From the NCBI GenBank assembly GCA_964651815.1, contig CAZYWG010000009.1, positions 601 to 64,600 of the forward strand: 64,000 bases of DNA. Reading direction: 5' to 3'. The number at the start of each line of letters is the position of its first letter. Position 1 is the first letter of the stretch. This document shows positions 48,676 to 59,329 of this stretch, piece after piece. Under the pieces are notes generated by a model. It saw only the letters and a list, made by a program, of their open reading frames with translations. It made no database searches and was not told the origin of the DNA. The translations under genes were made by a program, and so were the position numbers. This DNA is from an uncultured Gammaproteobacteria bacterium (GTDB lineage: Bacteria > Patescibacteriota > Microgenomatia > Levybacterales > GWA1-39-11).

Positions 48676-49920
48676 ATGGACTTAATAATGAAGAAAAGCA
48701 TTGTATCAATAAGCAAATGTCGATCTTGTGACTCAGCAAATCTAGTAAAGATTTTGAATCTAGGGAATTTGTATCTGTCAAATTTTGTTAAAGATAGCAA
48801 AAAATCTGAGAAATTTCCGCTCAACATTCTTTTGTGTCGAAATTGTTACCTGCTCCAACTAAAGCATAATACCCCAATGTCTCTACTTTACAGCGAAAAT
48901 TATGGCTATCGCTCCGGAATTAACCAAACTATGCAAAAAGAACTTGCCGAAATAGTTGTGAAAACCCTTTCTAAAATTACTAGCAAAACTACTGACAAAT
49001 TAGTAGTTGTAGACATTGGAGCAAACGACGGAACACTTTTAAAAAATTACCCAAAAAATGTAACTCGAATAGGTGTGGAACCGATCAGAAAATTGGCGAA
49101 ACAATGCAAAAAATATGCAACACAAGTTGTAAACGATTTCTTTAATTATCAATCGGTAAGCAAAGCTTTAGGTAATAAGAAAGCAGATATAGTCACTGCA
49201 ATATCTTGTTTTTACGATATGGAAGAGCCAAATGATTTTGTCGCAGATGTTAAAAAAATATTGAAAGAGGACGGGATTTTTGTAATACAACAAAATTATC
49301 TTGTGAAAATGCTGACGCAAAATGCTTTTGATAACATTGTCCACGAACATTTAGAATACTATTCGTTAATTTCGCTTCAGAATCTTTTGAAACAACATGG
49401 TCTTGAAGTGTTTGATCTGGAGCTACGTGAGTTAAATGGTGGAAGCTTCAGAACATATATTGGATTTACAGGAAAGCATACAGTATCAGTTTCAGTCTAC
49501 GAACAACTTGAACTGGAAAAATTGATTAGCCTTCATAGGAAAAAAATATACTCCGATTTTGCTAAGAGAATAAAAGCAATAAAAAAGGAGGTTTACGGAT
49601 TTATTCAGGAAAAAGTTGCTGAAGGCAAAAAAGTATATCTATATGGTGCATCAACTAGAGGAAATACCCTACTTCAATATTTTGATCTCGACAAGAGTTT
49701 AATTTCAAAGGCAGTTGAAAGAAACCCCGAAAAATGGGGTACAAAAATTGCATCAGTTGGAATACCAATAATTTCAGAGGATCAAGCAAGGACAGAAAAA
49801 CCTGACTATATGCTTGTATTACCTTGGTTTTTTAAAGAAGAATTCTTAAAACGCGAACAAGCTTATCTTAAATCCGGCGGGCATTTTATATTTCCGCTGC
49901 CAAAACTAGAAATTGTGTGA
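48676..49920 (+). CDS. NDP-hexose C-methyltransferase paralogue (TylC3-like) with a zinc ribbon
   Basis: Same architecture as the 41678..42943 gene (CRSCDS...CRNCYLLQ, VVVDIGANDGT, IVHEHLEYYSL, LYGASTRGNTLL). Confidence 0.65.
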   Translation: MDLIMKKSIVSISKCRSCDSANLVKILNLGNLYLSNFVKDSKKSEKFPLNILLCRNCYLLQLKHNTPMSLLYSENYGYRSGINQTMQKELAEIVVKTLSKITSKTTDKLVVVDIGANDGTLLKNYPKNVTRIGVEPIRKLAKQCKKYATQVVNDFFNYQSVSKALGNKKADIVTAISCFYDMEEPNDFVADVKKILKEDGIFVIQQNYLVKMLTQNAFDNIVHEHLEYYSLISLQNLLKQHGLEVFDLELRELNGGSFRTYIGFTGKHTVSVSVYEQLELEKLISLHRKKIYSDFAKRIKAIKKEVYGFIQEKVAEGKKVYLYGASTRGNTLLQYFDLDKSLISKAVERNPEKWGTKIASVGIPIISEDQARTEKPDYMLVLPWFFKEEFLKREQAYLKSGGHFIFPLPKLEIV

Positions 49921-49999
49921 TATCCTTTTTTTGAAGAAATGTTAATATGAATGTAAACGGATATAAACTACATTAATCGAGACTGTTCTTTCTTACTTT

Positions 50000-50761
50000 T
50001 TGATAACATCATTAATGGAAAAAAGCGTAAACGAATATAATAATGATGCTTCAAAACATGGAGGATATATATATTCTCTAAATCGACATTCCTCTAAAAT
50101 CGCTACAAAAAGACAGACAGATGAAATTATTTATTTAATCAAGAAATACTTCTTTCAAAAAAAAATTAAAATTCTAGATTTGGGGTGTGGCGATGGAGAA
50201 TTCACAATGAAAATATATAACCAAATTAAACCAGATCTTGTCCTGGGAATAGATAACTCAAAAAAAGGAATTGAGATAGCAACAAAGAAATCAAAAAATG
50301 AAGATAAAAAAAGAATAAAATTTGAAGTTGCTAACGTTTATAATTTAGCCAAATACAAACATTACGGGTTTGATCTTGTCGTGATTAGAGGCGTTATTCA
50401 CCATTTATATAAACCCCGCCAAGTAATAAAGGAGTTAAATAAGATATCAGATTATGTTTTAATCCTAGAACCTAACGGGTATAATTTAATTTTGAAGATA
50501 ATAGAAAATACGTCCGAATACCACAAGCGGCATGAAGAAAAATCCTACTTCCCTTTTCAGATAAATTCTTGGTTTTCCAAGAATGGATACGCAGTTGTAG
50601 AACAAAAAATATTTGGTCTAGTACCTTATTTTTGCGGCGAGTCTCTAGCTAACTTTCTAAAATTAATCGAACCCTTATTTGAAAAATACTCGATTCTAAG
50701 AGACCTATGTACCGGTAGTAACGTTGCTCTTTACAAAAACACGCGTATTAAAAAATTTTAG
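50000..50761 (+). CDS. Class I SAM-dependent methyltransferase
   Basis: ILDLGCGDGEFT motif I and the acidic loop VLGIDNS. Confidence 0.7.
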   Translation: MITSLMEKSVNEYNNDASKHGGYIYSLNRHSSKIATKRQTDEIIYLIKKYFFQKKIKILDLGCGDGEFTMKIYNQIKPDLVLGIDNSKKGIEIATKKSKNEDKKRIKFEVANVYNLAKYKHYGFDLVVIRGVIHHLYKPRQVIKELNKISDYVLILEPNGYNLILKIIENTSEYHKRHEEKSYFPFQINSWFSKNGYAVVEQKIFGLVPYFCGESLANFLKLIEPLFEKYSILRDLCTGSNVALYKNTRIKKF

Positions 50762-50771
50762 TTATCATTTA

Positions 50772-52751
50772 TTACCACAAACTGTTCGGATTTTTTAAGC
50801 TAAAAAATTCCAAATAACCATTGAAACCGGAATCTACAGAAACTTTTGTTATTATCCTATCTTTATAAAACAAAGGTATACGTGCCAGATTTATGATGCA
50901 CGGAGAATTTTTACTACACGAATTATAATAAATTGTAGTTGATAACCCATCCTTTGTTTTAAGTGTAATAAAATTTAAACCACTCTTCTTATATTTTATC
51001 TTCGGAGTTAAAACGACAACTTTTTCACTAGAATAGAAGTTTTCTTTATTCAAAAATGAATTAATGATGTTCATATTGTCGGTCTTGAGTAATGATATGT
51101 TTTTATCGCTCAAATAGTTAAACTTATATAGCCCTTCCGAATAAGGGATTCTATATAGGAATACGTTTAGCAAATATTTTTTGTAATCGCTTATTTTATT
51201 TAAAACATTAGAATTAAAAAAATCTTTACCATTCTCTCTTTCCAGGACTAAATGTTTACCAATATTTGCAACTGGGTAATAATTGTCTAGAATATAACCA
51301 AACAGATAACTTTGTCTAATGAAATCAGGAACACCATCTTGAATAGAAGATCCTTCAGTATTAAGTGTAATAAATTCTATTTTATTGTCCCTTATATACT
51401 TAATGGAAGATTCTTGCTTCAATTTTGATGCACCCTCAAAAATTGCATTATAGAAAGGAGGTTTCTGGTGCAACAGAACATAAAGTGCCGAGTCACCTGT
51501 TGGAAAACTATAAATTTTATTATTAAAATCATGCTGTTGACTTAAAAAATTAACAATTTTTACGTATTCGGGATTATTTTCTGTAAAAATTTTGAGATTG
51601 TTTTCATAACAATTGCTATTGATAACCAAACTTATATTCCTATATGCATATGCTGCATTAATTGTTTGAACTTTAAGAATAAATACACTGATGATAACCG
51701 CACTCGTAAGTACCGAGGTATAAATCAGGTTTTTTTTGTTTTTATTTTTTACAAAACCTAGGATTTCGTAAACCATAAACATGAGGAGTACAATCGATAA
51801 AAATATTATTTGTAAATCAATGGAACGAATAATACTTTTTTGCTCCATTAGAATTACTTCAATCATCAAAGAAATTTGCATAAAAGTGATTAAAGTTGTT
51901 TTTTGTTTTAAGAACACGAACTTTGTCAGGTTCCAAAATAAAGAAGTGAATAAAATTGTGAAAGAAAAAATGTTGGCAGGAGAGTCTACAAATGAGAAAA
52001 AGGGGGTTTTCGCAACACTCGTCACCTCGTTTACATCTTTGAAGTAATTTAATAGATTTGCAACGTTTCCATTATAAATTAGAATAATCGGTAAAACTCC
52101 TAAAATAAATCCAAAAAAAACAAACATTAATTCTTTGACGCTTTCCACCATTACTTCCTTATTGATTTTTTTTGAGTGAATCAATTTTTTTATCAAAAAT
52201 TGTAATAAAAAAGAAACGACTAAATAGGTTCCGATATCATTTATCAAAGATAATACTATACCCATTAACAAACCTAGAAATAAAAGTAAATTTCTACTTA
52301 AAATCTTCTGTGAATATAAAATAAAGGAAAAAAACAAAGCAACAAAAACTAATATTCCATATCTACCAAAAGTTTGAAAACTGTTAGTGAGTAGAATATA
52401 AGAATAAAATATTCCTATGGTGAAAAAAAGTATCAACTTATCTTTTAATACTTTCTTAAAAAGAAAAAATGCAAGCGTAAACAGAAGGGGAACTACCATA
52501 TAGTATAGTAGAGAAATTGAAAAGTTGTAATTTCTAAAAAAAGTGAAAATACCGTATGGGTAGAAAATGTCTTTATAGGGGAGGAGACGACTTAATGATG
52601 CATAATTCCATAACAGAAACTCCTGCAAATCAAAATTGTAATAGTTTAAATAACCGCTGCAAATATTGGCAAAATAAGGTGCTGACAATAAGAAGAATAA
52701 AGTAAATACAATTATTAAATCTATATTTTTTTTGAAAAAATTATTCCTCAT
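50772..52751 (-). CDS. Large polytopic membrane protein, possibly a GT-C-like glycosyltransferase
   Basis: At least 12 TM helices, then a soluble C-terminal domain of about 270 aa. The N-terminal loop NFDLQEFLLWNYASLSRLLPYKDIFYPYG is only weakly GT-C-like. Confidence 0.4.
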   Translation of the reverse strand: MRNNFFKKNIDLIIVFTLFFLLSAPYFANICSGYLNYYNFDLQEFLLWNYASLSRLLPYKDIFYPYGIFTFFRNYNFSISLLYYMVVPLLFTLAFFLFKKVLKDKLILFFTIGIFYSYILLTNSFQTFGRYGILVFVALFFSFILYSQKILSRNLLLFLGLLMGIVLSLINDIGTYLVVSFLLQFLIKKLIHSKKINKEVMVESVKELMFVFFGFILGVLPIILIYNGNVANLLNYFKDVNEVTSVAKTPFFSFVDSPANIFSFTILFTSLFWNLTKFVFLKQKTTLITFMQISLMIEVILMEQKSIIRSIDLQIIFLSIVLLMFMVYEILGFVKNKNKKNLIYTSVLTSAVIISVFILKVQTINAAYAYRNISLVINSNCYENNLKIFTENNPEYVKIVNFLSQQHDFNNKIYSFPTGDSALYVLLHQKPPFYNAIFEGASKLKQESSIKYIRDNKIEFITLNTEGSSIQDGVPDFIRQSYLFGYILDNYYPVANIGKHLVLERENGKDFFNSNVLNKISDYKKYLLNVFLYRIPYSEGLYKFNYLSDKNISLLKTDNMNIINSFLNKENFYSSEKVVVLTPKIKYKKSGLNFITLKTKDGLSTTIYYNSCSKNSPCIINLARIPLFYKDRIITKVSVDSGFNGYLEFFSLKNPNSLW

Positions 52752-52977
52752 TTTTTACAATTTTCGCGCTCACTATGAAAATAACAATTGGAATGAAAAG
52801 TAAAACAAAGAAAAAAAGTGTATCAAAGTAAAAAGGGTATCCAAAATACTGAGAGAATCCTACAAGTTTATCGTTACCTATTTCCGGTGGTAATAACAAC
52901 GCCTTAATTATTTTAAATCCCATTAACAAAGCCAAATTTGTAAAAATTGAAAGGACTATGCTAAAAAGTAAAACCAG
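52741..52977 (-). CDS. Small 2-TM membrane protein (78 aa), hypothetical
   Basis: The internal Met of track ORF 52741..53055 starts 2 nt after the stop of the upstream 862-aa gene. It encodes two hydrophobic helices (MELEFMKKDKLVLLFSIVLSIFTNLALLMGF...). Confidence 0.3.
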   Translation of the reverse strand: MVLLFSIVLSIFTNLALLMGFKIIKALLLPPEIGNDKLVGFSQYFGYPFYFDTLFFFVLLFIPIVIFIVSAKIVKNEE

Positions 52978-52978
52978 C

Positions 52979-55567
52979 TTATCTTTTTTCATAAACTCCA
53001 ATTCCATCAGGATAAACAAATAATCCAAGATACGGATAATAAAAGAAGCTATCAAAGTATTTATATAAAGGGAGTTTTAAAGGAAAATAAGCAACTCTGA
53101 AGTAACCTATTCTTTGAAGTTTTTTTACAAGATCAGACTTCAGAGAAATTTTGTAAAACATTTTTTCGTATTGAACATTTGAAATCACTACATATTTAGG
53201 TAAGACTTTTGTTTTACTGTCGATAACAACATAATTATATCTTGTTTTAAAATTGGGATGATATTGTTTTTCGTAAAATTCTTTAAGGACAAAATCTGGC
53301 TCAAATTGGTATATGGGAATGTTCTCTAGTCCAATAACAGACTTTTCTGGGATATTATTCACTATCCAAGCCGAGGAAGTCTGTTCCGGGGATGGGGAAA
53401 GCTTCATCCCAACCCATAGGTATGATTCAAATATTTGAATAAACATTAGTATCACCAAAAAGATATAGAAAAATATTTTTAGAAATTTCGTTTTGTATGT
53501 AGATTCGATCATATTTTTGAGGGCTAATGCATCTATGGTTACTAAAAATGGCAATAAGACCACAGACCTATTTGCGCTAATTGTTATACCTAGTGGAACA
53601 TAACTTAAACAAAATACTAAAAATGACAATAAAATGAACAATTTTTGTTTTAAATCTTCAGTCCGCTTTTGCTTAAAATCTTTAAAGATTAGGTATGCAA
53701 AATAAAGTATTAAAGGTATGCTCACAAAATATAACTCATGTCCAAATATCGCGGGCAACTTATGAAGTAGAGTTAAATCTGTCAGTGAGTATTTGGATGG
53801 GAAATTTCTTAGAAGAAGTGAGGGACCACTAACTATATTACTATATATATATTCAAACATACTCTGCCCTCTAAAAACTACGTCTGGAAGCCCAAAAAAA
53901 ACAGAGACAACAAAAAATATAAAAACTCCTAGTGCTAGACTCAAATATTTTTTGCTTGACGAAGCCATAAACATTAAATAAGAAACAGGCACAAGTATCA
54001 GCAGGGGTATAGCGCTTACTTTAACAGCAAACGAAAACCCGGAAAATGTGCAAGCCAAAAGGAAGTTTTTCTTATTTGGAGTCAAAGAGAATTTAAGAAA
54101 ATAATAAAATGAAAGTGCAACCCAAAATGTGAGTGCGATATCATATTTAAAAAAATTGCTGATTACAAGCCAGGCAGGTGTAAAAATAAACAGGAGCAAT
54201 ATAAGTATTGAATTTATTTTTAACAACTTTGCGATTTGCCTCATGGTTATTAACGTCAAAACCCCAAAAAATAGGGTTAGAAGCCTCAGAACTATGAATA
54301 ATTTTTCCTGCTCAAATATTGAGTCAACTGAAGATTTAATAGCAAAAGGATTAACAATATGTGTTATATAAAAAGGAATCAGGAGAATTCCCGATATAAA
54401 AAAGTTAAACATTGTCCCATTTGCAGACCCTGACAAATTTGGCGTACCGTATTTGAATACATCTCTCACTGCTTGCATCTGGTGCCATTCGTCCATTTGA
54501 TATGCGAAAGGATGATATTGATTAGGTATTCCAGAGGTAATAACCGAAATCATCGTAATAATATAAATGGTAACCAAAATAAATAAAACACTATTACCCT
54601 TAACTACACTTTTAAGATTTACTTTCATAATTAATCTAGTTAATCCGAGAGACGTTCCAATCAAAACAGCAAGATCTGAGGTTATTTGGAGAAGAGGCAA
54701 AATAGTAAATGCTCGCAAATCTTCAACATATTTGTAATTTTTCTTGACTGCCCACAATACATAAACTACCGTTGCGATTAATATTAACATTAAAATAATA
54801 ATTGATTTAAGAAGTAATGCAATAACTATTAGATATGCGTAAAAAATATATCTTACGTAAATCAAAATGACTTTATCTCTAACTATTCCTGACTCCGCAT
54901 CACCTAATGCAAATCTAAAGAACATGACAAAGGCTTGCCAAATATTTTTTCTTGGAGTCCAGTAGACAATAGCGTCTTTCACAAAAACAATTTTTGAATT
55001 TGCCCTCTTTAAATTGTTTGCAAAAACATAATCTTCATTATGAGAATATTCTTCATCAAATCCATGAATTTTCTTCCAAATACTTTTTTTAAACGCAACA
55101 GATCTGGCTGCCGGAAGAAATTCTGATTCAACAATCCTGTCAGGCATCACAAGAGCATACGGAATCACGCATTTTTGAAAAAAGGTCTCGGAATTTCCCT
55201 TATAATATCCGGCGACAACATCAACCGTCGTATCACTGAATGGTTTAATAATATTCTTAACCCAATTTTTGTCGAGAGTATTGCCAGCATCAGAGCAAAG
55301 AATAATATCACCTGTCGCTTTTCTAATCCCTTCGTTTCTTCCGACTGAACGATTTCCCGGTTTGTTAAGAAGTTTAATAGTTGGATTCCTTACTTTATTC
55401 TTTAGAAGGTAGTCTTTAACAATTTTGACCGTTGAGTCGCTGCTTCCCCCATCTACGATAATAAATTCGTCCGGCAATTTTGATTGGCTCAGCACCGATT
55501 TAATAAACCTCAAAATTGTGTTCTCTTCGTTATAAATCGTTACAATAAGAGATAACTTGGTTTTCAT
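52979..55567 (-). CDS. Fusion protein: N-terminal GT2 domain plus C-terminal GT-C-like membrane domain
   Basis: The N-terminus LSLIVTIYNEENTI...IIVDGGSSDST...SDAG is GT2. The membrane domain has at least 14 TM helices, with the loop YQMDEWHQMQAVRDVFKYG. Confidence 0.6.
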   Translation of the reverse strand: MKTKLSLIVTIYNEENTILRFIKSVLSQSKLPDEFIIVDGGSSDSTVKIVKDYLLKNKVRNPTIKLLNKPGNRSVGRNEGIRKATGDIILCSDAGNTLDKNWVKNIIKPFSDTTVDVVAGYYKGNSETFFQKCVIPYALVMPDRIVESEFLPAARSVAFKKSIWKKIHGFDEEYSHNEDYVFANNLKRANSKIVFVKDAIVYWTPRKNIWQAFVMFFRFALGDAESGIVRDKVILIYVRYIFYAYLIVIALLLKSIIILMLILIATVVYVLWAVKKNYKYVEDLRAFTILPLLQITSDLAVLIGTSLGLTRLIMKVNLKSVVKGNSVLFILVTIYIITMISVITSGIPNQYHPFAYQMDEWHQMQAVRDVFKYGTPNLSGSANGTMFNFFISGILLIPFYITHIVNPFAIKSSVDSIFEQEKLFIVLRLLTLFFGVLTLITMRQIAKLLKINSILILLLFIFTPAWLVISNFFKYDIALTFWVALSFYYFLKFSLTPNKKNFLLACTFSGFSFAVKVSAIPLLILVPVSYLMFMASSSKKYLSLALGVFIFFVVSVFFGLPDVVFRGQSMFEYIYSNIVSGPSLLLRNFPSKYSLTDLTLLHKLPAIFGHELYFVSIPLILYFAYLIFKDFKQKRTEDLKQKLFILLSFLVFCLSYVPLGITISANRSVVLLPFLVTIDALALKNMIESTYKTKFLKIFFYIFLVILMFIQIFESYLWVGMKLSPSPEQTSSAWIVNNIPEKSVIGLENIPIYQFEPDFVLKEFYEKQYHPNFKTRYNYVVIDSKTKVLPKYVVISNVQYEKMFYKISLKSDLVKKLQRIGYFRVAYFPLKLPLYKYFDSFFYYPYLGLFVYPDGIGVYEKR

Positions 55568-55700
55568 TTTATGTGAATTTTAATTTTATAGGAGATTATA
55601 CCACCAAAAGTCGTTTCACCCACAAATTGCAAACCCAATATTTCTTTTTATTCGCACAAAAGTGTGTTATAAATTACCAATAAATCGCGCTTGAAAAACA

Positions 55701-57542
55701 ATGAGTTTATTTTATTCACTATTCGAAAATATTGTAAAAAAAATAAACTCAATAAAATCTGACTTTGTAGGATTTTCTATCAACCCACATATCTTTTTAA
55801 TAGTATTAGTATGTTTCTCCTTTTCACTTTTACTTACTTTCCTATCTTTTTCTCTCGGCAAAAAAATATCCTCGCAATTTAAACTGGAGTCAAAAAATGA
55901 TTATGAGTACTTATTTTTTACGGCCGTTGGCTACGTCTTAATTGGCAGCGGAATTGCTATCCTAGGTTTATTTTCAATATTAAATTTTAGCTACATTACT
56001 TTGTATTTAGCGCTTATAATTGCTTATTCATTTTTCTTCCCATTTTCATTAAGACAAAACTCAATTTATTTCTATAGACATTTAAAAGCTGACTACAATT
56101 ATTTAAAACAAAACAAGTTCGTTTTTATATGGGTGACTCTTTTCATATTGATTGCAATATTAAACTTGGTCAATCCGGAAGTAAGAGAAGACCAATACCA
56201 TGTAGATTTACCTGTCATATATTTAAAACACCAAACTATTATGATTCCGCCCCATGAGGTAATTAAAGTGTCTGCAAGCCCACTTTTAGGAGAAATGTAC
56301 TACATCCCAGGAATTTTGTATATATCTCGTGAATCTTCAAGATACATTCATTTTATTTTTTATATATTAGTATTACTCACACTCATAAATTTTTCTAAAT
56401 TAAAGAAGTATAAATTTGCTATTTATACACCGTTAATTTTTATTACTGCTCCTGTTGTCATTCATGAAACGTCGGCAATGTACGTGGATTTTGAATGGAT
56501 ATTTTGTTTTTTGTTATCGGTTCTAGTTTTAACGGATCAAAAGAACAATAAACTTGCGATTTTAAAATCCGGCTTATTATTTGGTGGAATGCTCGCGTCT
56601 AAATTGTGGACTATAGTTTTTTTGATTCCTTCTATTTTTTATTTGATAACTGAAAAGCTAAAAAAAATTCAGAAGATTAAATACTTGCTTGTTTTCTTAT
56701 TTTCAGTTTTAGGCATAACTTCCATATGGTTTATAAGAGCTTATATATTGACCGGGAATCCCATATTCCCTGCTTTCGGAAGTACAGAAAGACCTTTTCA
56801 TGCAGATTTGGTGAAATCTTTTTTAAGTTTTGCAGGAATCAACTATGCTTTAATTAACATTCCGTCTTATATTAATGTATTTAGCCCATTATTTTTTTTA
56901 AGTCTTTTATTTCTAGTATTCAAATTAAAAGACACTGTCAAACTATTTTTTGATCTAAAACTCTTTAAGTACTTACTTTTCTTGACTGTCTTATATTTGA
57001 CAATTCACTATCCTTTTGGAAGATATTTGCTTGGATTATATGCGCTCTTTATTTTTTTGAATGCCTTCGTAATACATAACTTCATAAAATTTACTTGGTT
57101 CAAAATATTTTTTAACTTAACTTTAGTAATATTGTTTTCCTATTATTTTGTAAATTCTTTGCTTGTTTTACCCTACGCTTTTGGAATCTCCGACCAGAAT
57201 AAATATTTGTCTAGAATTTTTGTAAGGGACAACTCGAGTTACTATGATTTTGGTCATAAATTTGAAAAATACATTTCCCCAAAAGATAAAGTGGCAATGT
57301 TTAACTTTCACGGATATTATTACGCTAATTTTGATTACACAGATGTTTATTTCATATTTGATAATAATCAAGCATCTCTTGATTCGCTAAAAGTTAAAAA
57401 GTATACAAAACTTCTTACTCGTGGAGGAGATATAAAATGGATGTGTAGCCAGCTGAACATAAAAAATTTCAATTATTCAGGCTTTCGGCTTATTTCTACA
57501 TACTCTGACTTCCCAAGTTATTATTTGTATAATATCAACTAA
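55701..57542 (+). CDS. Polytopic membrane protein, putative GT-C fold glycosyltransferase
   Basis: At least 12 TM helices. The loop NPEVREDQYHVDLPVIYLKHQTIMIPPHE resembles the first-loop motif of the paralogues. Confidence 0.4.
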   Translation: MSLFYSLFENIVKKINSIKSDFVGFSINPHIFLIVLVCFSFSLLLTFLSFSLGKKISSQFKLESKNDYEYLFFTAVGYVLIGSGIAILGLFSILNFSYITLYLALIIAYSFFFPFSLRQNSIYFYRHLKADYNYLKQNKFVFIWVTLFILIAILNLVNPEVREDQYHVDLPVIYLKHQTIMIPPHEVIKVSASPLLGEMYYIPGILYISRESSRYIHFIFYILVLLTLINFSKLKKYKFAIYTPLIFITAPVVIHETSAMYVDFEWIFCFLLSVLVLTDQKNNKLAILKSGLLFGGMLASKLWTIVFLIPSIFYLITEKLKKIQKIKYLLVFLFSVLGITSIWFIRAYILTGNPIFPAFGSTERPFHADLVKSFLSFAGINYALINIPSYINVFSPLFFLSLLFLVFKLKDTVKLFFDLKLFKYLLFLTVLYLTIHYPFGRYLLGLYALFIFLNAFVIHNFIKFTWFKIFFNLTLVILFSYYFVNSLLVLPYAFGISDQNKYLSRIFVRDNSSYYDFGHKFEKYISPKDKVAMFNFHGYYYANFDYTDVYFIFDNNQASLDSLKVKKYTKLLTRGGDIKWMCSQLNIKNFNYSGFRLISTYSDFPSYYLYNIN

Positions 57543-57544
57543 TT

Positions 57545-59329
57545 ATGCACGACCCAGTAAGAATGGTTTTTATAAATGTTATTGCCTCACTTATTGTCTT
57601 ATTTGGAACACTAATCTACAGATTTGTATATCCCAAAAAAAAAGTTAATTTATTCTTTCTTTTTCTCATAATCTCATTCTTACCCATATTAAGCATTTTC
57701 CGAGCCGGCGACTACGAAAGTGGGGACTTTAACATTCATATATATCGCATTATGTCTTTTTATGATTCGCTTTCTGAGGGGCATTTTATGCCCTCGTGGG
57801 CTGCCGAACTCAACGCAACTTATGGTAATCCTCTTTTTATTTTTAACTACTCTCTACCTTATTACGCAATTTGTTTTTTTCATTTACTTGGGGAGAGCTT
57901 CATAAACAGCATGAAAATTTATTTAGGTCTTAACTTATTTCTTTCAGGAATATTTATGTATATGTTAGCTAGAAAACTTATAAAAAATTCGCTCGCAGCA
58001 TTCACTTCTGCCATCTTCTATGTTTTCAATCCATATCATTTAATTGATATTCACTTCAGGGCAACGCTAGGCGAAAGCACCATCTTTACTCTAGTTCCGC
58101 TTCTGCTTTTATTAATGGTCCTTTATTTGAGGGAGAAGAAATTCGTCTATTTGACCGCAGTAGCATTTGTAGGCCTATTATTATTTCTCGCACACCCTCT
58201 TGTAGCAGGAATATTTATCTTTATTTTTGCCTTATTTGCAATATTTTCAGTCAACTTAAAAAAAGATTTAAAAAGCGTCATTTTTATCATTATTGCTTTA
58301 ATCATAGGAGGAATCGGGTCAAGTTACTCGTGGCTTTCATTTATCATTTATTCGCGGTATATGCCGCCTGTGCCCGGGGGCGTTGTTTTTCAATTTGATA
58401 CACCTTCACAAGTTTTATACGCGCCTTGGAGGTTCGGGTTTCTTTTTCAGGGTCCAAAAGGAGAACTCGCCCCCATAATTGGATATACACAAATTTTTGT
58501 AGTCATAGTTATACTTTTTCTTTTCCTCAAACGTAAAATAGCAAAGAAGTTGAAGACCGACTACTTATTTTGGTTATCAATTATGTTTACAATTCTTTTT
58601 TTTATGAGTTCATATTCAAAACCCATCTGGAACTTTTTCCCTTTTTTATTAATGCTTGAAAGCAACCGCTTGTTATTACCTATTGCACTTTGCACGTCTC
58701 TACTCGCCGGATATCTTGCTTTATCCTTTTCAGATTCCAAACGAAAACGAATGTTTATATATACCCTTCTTGTGGTTACGATTGGTTATACAATACTTAA
58801 TTGGGGACATAGAAGGGTAATTCCTCAAATTAATGATGCAGATCTTAGAAAGAATGTTTGGATCAGTACGGTAACAGAGGGCACAACGGCCTATTTCTTA
58901 AATAACAAATGGGCAGATATTAACAATTTTTGGTTCTCAAAAATTCCAAATCAACATTTAGAGATTGTTAAGGGAAGCGGAAAAGTTAAAGAAATAAAAA
59001 GAACTTCCACAGAACATGAATATACTCTGACTTCAGAGACTCCAATTATTATAAAAGAGAATACACTTTTTTATCCTGGCTGGAGGCTCAAAACCAACAA
59101 TAGGCCTGTCAACATTTATCCCGGGAAAAGAGGAGTGATTTACGCAGTTCTTCCAACAGACGCTCATTTTGTTGATTTATATTATGAAGATATTCTTCCT
59201 TACAAAATTTCAAAAATAGTAAGTGCTTCTATATTTGGTATTTTATTGGCGTTAATTTTATTATTCTCTATGGTTAAAGTCAGAAGCACGGGCTTATCGT
59301 TTTTTAAATGGTTTACGTCCAATCCATAA
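57545..59329 (+). CDS. Polytopic membrane protein, putative GT-C fold glycosyltransferase
   Basis: At least 12 TM helices. The first loop reads GDYESGDFNIHIYRIMSFYDSLSEGHFMPSWAAELNATYGNPLFIFNY. Confidence 0.45.
   Translation: MHDPVRMVFINVIASLIVLFGTLIYRFVYPKKKVNLFFLFLIISFLPILSIFRAGDYESGDFNIHIYRIMSFYDSLSEGHFMPSWAAELNATYGNPLFIFNYSLPYYAICFFHLLGESFINSMKIYLGLNLFLSGIFMYMLARKLIKNSLAAFTSAIFYVFNPYHLIDIHFRATLGESTIFTLVPLLLLLMVLYLREKKFVYLTAVAFVGLLLFLAHPLVAGIFIFIFALFAIFSVNLKKDLKSVIFIIIALIIGGIGSSYSWLSFIIYSRYMPPVPGGVVFQFDTPSQVLYAPWRFGFLFQGPKGELAPIIGYTQIFVVIVILFLFLKRKIAKKLKTDYLFWLSIMFTILFFMSSYSKPIWNFFPFLLMLESNRLLLPIALCTSLLAGYLALSFSDSKRKRMFIYTLLVVTIGYTILNWGHRRVIPQINDADLRKNVWISTVTEGTTAYFLNNKWADINNFWFSKIPNQHLEIVKGSGKVKEIKRTSTEHEYTLTSETPIIIKENTLFYPGWRLKTNNRPVNIYPGKRGVIYAVLPTDAHFVDLYYEDILPYKISKIVSASIFGILLALILLFSMVKVRSTGLSFFKWFTSNP

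Noticed and set aside
52979-53055. An 862-aa gene overlapping the 104-aa track ORF by 77 nt.
   Set aside because: The overlap is resolved by starting the small gene at its internal Met (52977), 2 nt after the large gene's stop. Only the 78-aa version is reported, with low confidence.
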